Assembly: GCF_964355755.1 (NCBI RefSeq)
Contig: NC_092674.1
Coordinates: forward strand, 30,504,001-30,568,000
Direction of reading: 5' to 3'
DNA length: 64,000 bases
Source of the DNA: Antedon mediterranea
Lineage: Eukaryota; Animalia; Echinodermata
Each line of letters opens with the position of its first letter. Position 1 is the first letter of the stretch. Of this stretch, positions 12,201-20,279 are shown piece by piece. Made by a program: the position numbers and the translations under genes. Below the pieces are notes generated by a model. It had not been told where the DNA came from, did not search any database, and was given only the letters and a program-made list of their open reading frames with translations.

Positions 12201-14634
12201 CATTCATCGCAAATCAATACATTTGTATAATCATATATTAAATCTATCAACATAGTATTTTTTAAAGAAAATCGGCCTGTCTTCAACATTATGATGGTGT
12301 ACTCTAGCTGTTCAACCGGTTTTCAGCTATTAAAAACAATTATCGTAGGAGGAGATAGGAAAATGCGAAGCCTCCTCGCATTTTTGTGGCGGGTATTTTT
12401 CAAGATGGACATCCATTAGACAGTGTATACCACGATCGGAAAACACCCCTATTTGAGGCAAATCGTTGAACCTAAATTCGTTTTAATCGTCAATAACTAA
12501 TTATCTAACTTAATTTAATTAGTAAACAGGGTTACATCAGGTGGTTAAAATCAGTACCGAAAGTACGAACCAACTTTATATACCATCGAGTAAAAATTCT
12601 AGAAGTAAGGCGTGATTTACCGAATTTTGCCCTTACGTAAATTTATATATAGACTAGATGGTACGCTCGCTTCGCTCGCGTACCATCTAGGTCGTGCCCA
12701 CAGATGGTTCTCGAATACACAGTAATTTCAGGGTAAAAAATCTGGCGATTTCAAATGCACGTACCGCAGGACTTAACTATAATACATTGTCGTTTACAGA
12801 AACGAATAAGTAGACACAATGATTTATGTAGTCAACCAAAATTAGCACCCTGGGAATTACTTCCGAAAGAGAAATTTACCACAAAATGAGTCCAAATTGT
12901 TTATTCATTTAAAGAAACCCAATTAGGGTTGAGGGATGGGAAAGAGGATAGGTACAAAGAGGAACAATTTTTAAATATATTCTTTATCCACGTCAGTAAC
13001 GAAATATTGTTTTCATTTTTTATAGGCCTATAAATAATATACCACTAACGGTGACTAAATATAGTAAAACATTTGCGATTTAATACTTTGTTAAAACTGT
13101 CACTGTCATAATCGATTGAAATAGTAAAGTACATGTAACGATACACCACTACGACGTTTATATTTTTGTAATTATTAATTAATGCAAACATTGAGAAGCA
13201 ACTGTCAGTAATAAAGTTTATTTGTATATTACGTGTTTATATATCTAACAGTAGAGCCTACCCATAATCACAGTAATAAAGTTTATTTGTATATATTTTT
13301 TTTACATCTAACAGTATTCACAGTAAGAAATGTTTGTATATATTTTTTTACATCTATTCACAGTAAGAAATGTTCGATTCAAATGACGACCAAAAATGGT
13401 TAATAGGACGTGTTTGCAGTACTGTATTGTCAAAGTATTGCAAGTTTATTCTCCAAGGGCTCATAAATTTACCTACTTGTGTTAAACCAAACTGGCAGAC
13501 TGAGAGATTGGAATGTTCCATTCATCGCAAATCAATACATTTGTAAAAACGTAAATTAAATCTATCAAAATAGTATTTTTTAAAGAAAATCGGCCTGTCT
13601 TCAACATTATGATGCTGTACCCGAGCAGTTCAACCGGTTTTCAGCTATTTAACACAATTATCGTAGGAGGAGATAGGAAAATGCGAAGCGTCCTCGTATT
13701 ATTGTGTGCGGGTATTTTTCAAGTTGGACATCCATTAGACAGTGTATACCACGATCGGAAAACACCCCTATTTGGGGCAAATCGTTGAACCTAAATTCGT
13801 TTTAATCGTCAATAACTAATTATCTAACTCAATTTAATTAGTAAACAGGGTTACATCAGGTGGTTAAAATCAGTACCGAAAGTACGAACCAACTTTGTAT
13901 ACCATCGAGTAAAAATTCTAGAAGTAAGGCGCGATTTACCGAATTTTGCCCTTACGTAAATTTATATATAGATTACTATGTTAAACGTAAAATCTCGTTT
14001 ATGTTAATACTATAGTTTTAGAATGAACACTTTTCTATTCGTTTTCTGTTTAAAAAAAAGATATATTTATCGTATATTTTTCAATCAAACATGTTTTTAC
14101 TTCGACAGAGTTGTGAGCTTGTTAGTGGGCATATTATTTGCTGTCACACAAATGAAGTATGGCGTGGAATCAAAAACTGTTTGTCCAACCTTTTGGGTTC
14201 CATTCCAAGAAAGCTGTTATCGTATCTTTGGAAACTTGTTGAACTGGAGTGACGCAGAGGAAAGTTGTAACAAGTACTTCAATGAGTTCGAAATGGGTCA
14301 CATGGTTTCTATCAGAAGCTCTGTTGAAAATCGGTTTGTCGCAGACCTCTGGGAATCGGCTACTAATGGGCGGACCACTACGCCTGTCCAAGGAGGTGTA
14401 CCGGTTAACTACTGGATTGGCTTGAGCAACAAAGACAATGTATCTCGTTGGGTATGGAGTGATACCAGCGAAGAAGCGGTGTATACAGAATGGGCCCCAT
14501 CTGAACCAAATTACTTGCAAGTGGATCACTGCGCCCATACTTGGCCAAAAAATGGAAATAGCCTAACTTGGAACAACTGGCGCTGTGACAAATTGTTGTT
14601 CTTTGTGTGTGAGCTGCCCCAAAGCCGACATTAG
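9226..14634 (+). CDS. Secreted single-domain C-type lectin (echinoidin-like, EPN motif), 2 coding exons, 178 aa
   Basis: Predicted exon 1 is 9226-9236 (ATG CAG CTT AA|GTAAGT), spliced in phase 2 to the acceptor TTTTACTTCGACAG| and exon 2 at 14109-14634. This gives signal peptide MQLKVVSLLVGILFAV...GVES, then a long-form CTLD with 6 Cys, WIGL, EPN and WNN. The CTLD is certain; exon 1 is inferred. Confidence 0.85.
9408..9520. repeat. (TAT)n microsatellite, interrupted; copies at 38348-38460 and 58128-58240
   Basis: Direct reading of TTA/TAT runs. Confidence 0.95.
9520..11340 (-). mobile_element. Non-autonomous Helitron copy H1 (3' terminus truncated, nested MITE inside)
   Basis: 5' end A|TCTATATATAAATTTACG on the minus strand at 11340. 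It is homologous to H2 and H3. The terminal hairpin lacks its last CTAG arm next to the microsatellite. Confidence 0.7.
9663..10284. mobile_element. 622-bp MITE with TTAA target-site duplication (Kolobok/T2-like); copies at 38603-39224 and 58383-59004
   Basis: TTAA|AGCCCCATTCCCT ... AGGGAAGGGGTCT|TTAA imperfect TIRs. The empty site is visible in sister Helitron H3 (AACGAATAAGTAGACAC, about 12801-12817). Confidence 0.75.
11344..12653 (-). mobile_element. Non-autonomous Helitron copy H2 (about 1.31 kb)
   Basis: On the minus strand it begins TC(TATATATAAAT) and ends in a GC-rich hairpin plus CTAG|T. No TSD. Confidence 0.75.
12654..13972 (-). mobile_element. Non-autonomous Helitron copy H3 (about 1.32 kb), directly head-to-tail with H2
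   Basis: A|TC 5' end at 13972. The 3' CTAG at 12654 abuts the TC of H2 with no spacer. Confidence 0.75.
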
Positions 14635-14717
14635 ATAAATTGTATGCAATTCGACATTGCGTTTTTAGTTCTCCCTTGTTTGCTTCTTAAATTGTACATA
14701 GTTTTTACACATTTTAT

Positions 14718-15572
14718 CTCGACGCGCCACCTAAAAACTCTCAATCCCAGTATAGCTTATGGCTCGACGCGTCACCTAAAAACTCTCAATCCCAGTATAG
14801 CTTTTGGCTCGACGCGCCACCTAAAAACTCTCAATCCCAGTATAGCTTATGGCTCGACGCGTCACCTAAAAACTCTCAATCCCAGTATAGCTTTTGGGTC
14901 GACGCGCCACCTAAACACTCTCAATCCCAGTATAGCTTTTGGCTCGACGCGCCACCTAAACACTCTCAATCCCAGTATAGCTTATGGCTCGACGCGCCAC
15001 CTAAACACTCTCAATCCCAGTATAGCTTATGGCTCGCGACGCGTCACCTAAAAACTCTCAATCCCAGTATAGCTTTTGGCTCGACGCGCCACCTAAACAC
15101 TCAATTCCAGTATAGCTTATGGCTCGACGCGTCACCTAAACACTCAATCCTAGTATAGCTTATGGCTCGACGCGTCACCTAAACACTCAATCCCGGTATA
15201 GCTTTTGGCTCGACGCGTCACCTAAACACTCAATCCCAGTATAGCTTATGACTCGACGCGTCACCTAAACACTCAATCCCAGTATAGCTTATGGCTCGAC
15301 GCGTCACCTAAACACTCAATCCCGGTATAGCTTATGGCTCGACGCGTCACCTAAACACTCAATCCCGGTATAGCTTATGGCTCGACGCGTCACCTAAACA
15401 CTCAATCCCGGTATAGCTTATGGCTCGACGCGTCACCTAAACACTCAATCCCAGTATAGCTTATGGCTCGACGCGTCACTTAAACACTCAATCCCAGTAT
15501 AGCTTATGGCTCGACGCGTCACCTAAACACTCAATCCCAGTATAGCTTATGGCTTGACGCGCCACCTAAACA
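14718..15572. repeat. 45/43-bp CpG-rich minisatellite, about 19 units, downstream of the lectin stop codon
   Basis: Unit CTCGACGCG(C/T)CACCTAAA(A/C)ACT(CT)CAATCCCAGTATAGCTT(A/T)TGG. An AATAAA at 15695 suggests it may lie in the 3' UTR. Confidence 0.95.
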
Positions 15573-15766
15573 GTAATAATAACAATAATAATAACAGTTA
15601 ATATGAAATTCATTCATATCTTTGGAAGGAGATGATTTTATTTAACTTTAGTTATCATTTAATTGTATGTGAATTGATTATACATCTCTGTTGAAATAAA
15701 GTGTCTTCAAATGACATGGCGTTTCCATTATGTTGTTGTTTATTAGTATTACGGTTATCTTTCGTA

Positions 15767-15928
15767 AAGCTTCGTTCCCACTAGGACGCAACGCAAGAAC
15801 GTACGTAAGCGCAACGTAATATGACCAATCACATGCGATGGATTATACGATAAACTGTCGCTTATTGGTCAATTTGCGTGAGTTACGCTTACGTCCTTGC
15901 GAATTGCATCACATTGGAAACCAAGCTT
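15767..15928. mobile_element. Short palindromic MITE; copy at 44707-44868
   Basis: Long imperfect TIRs AAGCTTCGTTCCCACTAGGACGCAACGCAAG / CTTGCGAATTGCATCACATTGGAAACCAAGCTT with TA on both sides. The superfamily is uncertain. Confidence 0.6.
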
Positions 15929-16958
15929 TATGTCATGCGTGTCTAAAGCTAGTTGAAACCAAGCTGTTGTGTTTTTTCAAGTGTGTTTAATATTAAAATA
16001 AAATTAAGCTTTTTATATTAATTTCTGACCCGTGTTATATTTCGATCATGAAGTTTCAACCTATTTTTCTATCTATCCATCGTCAGATTTGTTTGCAAGT
16101 ACCGCAGTAATATACTATAGATCTAAAAAGCACACAAGACACAATCAAATGTTGCTATACAATTTATTTTTTGGCGTCTGTCGGAATTGTTAGTGACTTT
16201 ATTAGTTGTGTTAATCTTTGCTGATTTTAGCCGCCTTTTATGTATTTTGGTCTTCTTAAACAATTTATTCTTTAAATAAACTAACATTTTATTAACAAAA
16301 AGAGGAATAAGTTACAGCTATATGTAAACATTTTATGAAACTGTAATAGAGAAAGGGAATTATCACTGGCTACACAAATATATACAATATTATATTTTGT
16401 ATTTGCTAATGTGTACACTACCAAACTTGATGTGACAAAAAAATGCGATGACGTCATATCACAACCATTTGGGCACACACTTTTTTTGTCAAACTAGTTT
16501 GATAATGTAGACAGAGCTTAATACAAAAATCAAAGGTTAAGATAAATCATACAAATTTGTATATCAATTCTTCCAGCTATAGAAAGTTTAATTAATAAAT
16601 GCAGTGGAATATAATTCTTTAATATGGATTTGTTTATTTTTGTAGAAGATGAGGTTCCTCCCGGCAGCGCCAACTATCAGCAGTAGGCCTACGGACTGTG
16701 AAATAAAACAATAAACAACAAATTAAATTAATTAAAATTAAATAATATATTAAGTTTGAAATAAATTTCATAATAGAATAAGCTAAAATTCTAAATTCTA
16801 TATAAATAAGATGTGTGGAGAAAGAAATAGTCATGTTAACAAAAAACTAGGCCTCAGACCAAAAAAAGTATAATATGTAGCGCCCCCAGCGACCAGTTTA
16901 CTTGTTGAGTTCAATTATAGTTGTGACACGCCATAAGGGGCAACAAATTTAGTCTTAT

Positions 16959-16994
16959 CAGGGAAGAGTTAAATTGTAATTTAACTCTTCCCTG
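16959..16994. mobile_element. 36-bp perfect foldback insertion with 7-bp direct flanks; copy at 45899-45934
   Basis: GTCTTAT|CAGGGAAGAGTTAAATT-GT-AATTTAACTCTTCCCTG|GTCTTAT. Confidence 0.6.
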
Positions 16995-17488
16995 GTCTTA
17001 TGAACAATATCTAACCAATAATTACTTACTGTGGCACCGTGTTCCTGCATAACAGTCACGGCAAGTACAGTGATAAGTAGAACCACTTCTACTACACCGA
17101 CCACCATTCTGACATGGGTTGGGGTGACAGGGATCTAAATCAAACATGTTTTTTCAAAAGTAGTTCACATATCAAATATTCATAGATGTCGTACTGTTGT
17201 TTATTTTTTATTGATTTATTGTCTCAATTACTTTATCTGTTTACTTGTTAATTATATTATTTTAGTTCGATAGGGTCTTATACGTGACAAGAATAATTTG
17301 TTCTTCTGGTGTAGATCCTCAATATGATATTGAAATAAAAATAACCGTTGAAGAGTATAATTGTTCCATGGAAAAGAACGTTAAATAAATGAATGAACGA
17401 ACGAATGAATGAAACGCATATGATTACTCAACGTAGCGACAACAGCATATTTTGATTCACCATGTTGGCCCAATTTTAGTTGGATTGG

Positions 17489-18872
17489 TGTAACCCAGTG
17501 AAAAATCACAAATGACAGAGAACCATAATATAGAGAGCCCTCTTGCGATGTTTGTAATTAATTAAAGAAGACATAAAGCCTAGCCCCACATTCCATTCTC
17601 CTGATGCACACAGATAAGGCCAAGACATACAAGTGTAACAGTGCTCCGACCATATTAACAACCTGTTTTTTAAAGTTTCTATCTGGCCCGTACGACTGGC
17701 TCTTTTAGGTAAGCAGTTGTTTTGTATTAATTACCTCTTTAATTGGTTTTGTTATATTTAATAAGCTTTATAAGATAGATTTAATTATAGATTAGTGACT
17801 TCTCATTTTTTGTTTATGATAGTACAGTGTGTATAAAGACACTAACGTACCCAGGATATGCATTATAGGCTATCTGTACACATTAAAGTAAGGTCCCAAA
17901 TTGTTTTAGAGAGTTTGTACCTGAATATCAGTGTATTAATTACAGTGTACTTATATTGTTAATATTATTATTTTAGTAGCGATACATCGAATTTTATTAA
18001 TTATTAGAAGCCGATGATGCCATAGACGAAAGGCTATCGCCTTTTTACGATGATCAATCCTTATACTATTTTAGGCCATTAGTAATTATTTATTGATGAG
18101 TGATCAAGAAACGAACGTCTTGATTATGACGACCGATATTGAATCGATGATAGGACTAACTCATGTATTATCAGTTTTATTAGAATTGTATTAATCTTTG
18201 TTGTTTTTGTAGTATAGTTAACTTTATATTTGAACTTGTTTTTAATTATTATTTCTAGAATGAAGCTACTTGCTTGATTATTATATTTGTGTATGATTGT
18301 TTTCCCACAATCAAATAGTCCAATATATTAACAGGGTGAACTTTTAAGTGTAATTAGACCCTATGCTAGCATTCCTAATCACCGTCGAGGTCACATATGT
18401 TCGCTGAATTGGCTGAACGAATGATGATACATAGGGGTATTAGCACACTTGTTAGAACTTTTATTACACTCTTGATCTAGTATGTTAAAGGATACGTTTG
18501 TATTAAAGATATTCAACGGAATATGTTAGGCTTAGTAAATGTATAAAGTGATGAAGCATTAGCGTGTTTTATATTGAATTTTCACTTAATTACTATTGCT
18601 ATAGCATTTATGTTTTGTTACGATGTTATTGATTATAATGAAGATGATTTTGGATTAATTAGAGATCAAGAGTTACCTGTTTTAATAGGAATTACACATA
18701 GTATATTGCATTGTTTAAATCGATTTATGTATGTTAGTTATGTTATAATACATGTATGTATTCTCTTTTAGTTTCAGATTAAATTAAACTTCAATTGGAA
18801 TAAACTCCGGAATAATATAAATTTATTTGGAATCCGAGTTTTTATTAGTATTTTCGAACAAGAAGGGTTACA
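17489..18872 (+). repeat. 5' LTR
   Basis: TG...CA ends with an 8-bp terminal inverted repeat. Direct repeat of 25260-26643 at a constant offset of 7771. Confidence 0.96.
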
Positions 18873-18875
18873 AAT

Positions 18876-18892
18876 TGGGGGCTCGTCCGGGA
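18876..18892 (+). promoter_or_regulatory. Primer-binding site, tRNA-Pro
   Basis: TGGGGGCTCGTCCGGGA lies 3 nt after the LTR and matches 17 nt of the canonical 18-nt tRNA-Pro PBS (as in MLV). Confidence 0.9.
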
Positions 18893-18946
18893 AACCCAAT
18901 TGAAGCTTGGAATTTTAAGGAATATTGAGCCAGTGTACAAAAGATC

Positions 18947-20275
18947 ATGCCAGACTACGTTTCGTACGGAATCGAGTGGTGTGAGGAAAAGAACTACCCC
19001 GTAGATCGATGTTTGCTGTTAGTCAGCCGAAAATTGGAAATTCCTACAAAACGAATTTATATTTCTCTGTGTGGGTCGCTTCCAACTGAAACAGTGGACA
19101 GACGAGAGGAGGTAGATGCTCATGGCTGGCAGAAGACGCTAGTATTGGCAAAGCTTTCCATACATGTCAGAGAACTGAACATCCCAGAAACGATTGTGGT
19201 AGCCGAAGACATGGAGATGCGAACCATCATCCTAAAGAAGACAGCCGTGATTTCAACACCAATGGTATCATCGTCTCCGGCACCAACAGCTTCTACAAAT
19301 AACACTTCACCGGCAATTGATCTGTCCAGACTTTCGCTTGGTAGCAACTACCGAAAGCTTCGTGTGTTCTCTGGTCACACAACCGATAAGTCAAAAGATG
19401 AGGACAAATACCATGTTTGGCGGGCGCAAGCCAAAGCACTGATAGAAGAAGCCGAAACTGAAGTCTCCCAATCGGAGAAGAAGAGAAGACTGAGAGAGGC
19501 TCTAAGATCCCCAGCATTAGATATTATAGATGACTTGAAGAAAGATAACCCGCAAGCCACCGCCAAAGACTACTTGGACGCGTTGGAGGTGGTGTTTGGA
19601 ACTACGCTTTCGGGAGAAGAACTATATCACCAGTTTGTGGGTTTAGATCAGCAAGCAGGTGAGAAGCCTTCTGATTATTTGTCCAGACTACAGTCTTCAT
19701 TGAGGCAGATAGTACAAAAGGGAGGGATTGCAGCAGACAAGGCCAACCAGGCGCTTTTGAAGCAATTCCTGAAGGGAACTCTCTTCGACCAACTTCTCCT
19801 CGTAGACCTGCATCTTCGAGATCAGGTTGTTAATGCACCGACCTACCTGACTCTTCTAGGACAGGTGCGTAGATGGGAAGAGGAATGCCAAGGGAAAACC
19901 AAGAAGGCAAAGGCGATTGGTGCTAGAATCGCACATGTGGCGAAGGTTGAAGCAGTAAATGACCGGAAGTCAGAACAAGACCTGGCTGAGAGGCTAAGTA
20001 GGATTGAGCAACTCCTGGCTAATTCAGCATGTAGCTACCAGCAACAGTCAACTGAGTCTACAACACCACCAAATTCTTCTAGCCAATCACGTCAGCCTAG
20101 ACGGCCCCGATCATACTTTTGCTATAAATGTGGAGAAGAGGGACACATGAGACGTAGTTGCCAGAATAGCCAGAACCAAGAGCTAGTGAACGAAAAACTG
20201 ATAGCTGCACTGCATCAGGGAAACGGAAGACGGCATCTGAGAAGGAGCGACCAGATGTCATCAGACGATCAGTAG
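18947..20275 (+). CDS. gag: Gag, PNMA-like capsid with CCHC zinc knuckle, 442 aa
   Basis: YRKLRVFSG motif typical of PNMA-type Gag, an MHR-like Q..GEKPSDYLSRL segment, and CYKCGEEGHMRRSC. Confidence 0.92.
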   Translation: MPDYVSYGIEWCEEKNYPVDRCLLLVSRKLEIPTKRIYISLCGSLPTETVDRREEVDAHGWQKTLVLAKLSIHVRELNIPETIVVAEDMEMRTIILKKTAVISTPMVSSSPAPTASTNNTSPAIDLSRLSLGSNYRKLRVFSGHTTDKSKDEDKYHVWRAQAKALIEEAETEVSQSEKKRRLREALRSPALDIIDDLKKDNPQATAKDYLDALEVVFGTTLSGEELYHQFVGLDQQAGEKPSDYLSRLQSSLRQIVQKGGIAADKANQALLKQFLKGTLFDQLLLVDLHLRDQVVNAPTYLTLLGQVRRWEEECQGKTKKAKAIGARIAHVAKVEAVNDRKSEQDLAERLSRIEQLLANSACSYQQQSTESTTPPNSSSQSRQPRRPRSYFCYKCGEEGHMRRSCQNSQNQELVNEKLIAALHQGNGRRHLRRSDQMSSDDQ

Positions 20276-20279
20276 CTCC
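20218..20279 (+). promoter_or_regulatory. Programmed -1 ribosomal frameshift signal (G GGA AAC plus H-type pseudoknot)
   Basis: Slippery heptamer 20218-20224 in the gag frame; the -1 frame equals the pol frame. After a 7-nt spacer, stem 1 is 20232-20239/20252-20259 and stem 2 is 20244-20248/20275-20279. Confidence 0.85.

Noticed and set aside
14023-14108. ORF-track N-terminus of the lectin as a real start
   Set aside because: The sequence is intron-like and ends in a consensus acceptor. An upstream phase-matched mini-exon gives a better signal peptide.
14644-15051. 135-aa ORF with a hydrophobic N-terminus and 15-aa repeats, resembling a secreted repeat peptide precursor
   Set aside because: It starts 10 nt after the lectin stop. 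The frame is broken by a 2-bp insertion and later units are 43 bp, so the array is not under triplet constraint.
18005-18120. GATGA...GAAA motifs in the LTR resembling a hammerhead ribozyme
   Set aside because: The CUGANGA core is imperfect and I could not form the flanking stems.
18574-18771. 65-aa ORF in both LTRs as a possible accessory or env gene
   Set aside because: It has a TTG start, AT-rich composition and no recognisable motif. Its duplication is explained by the LTRs.
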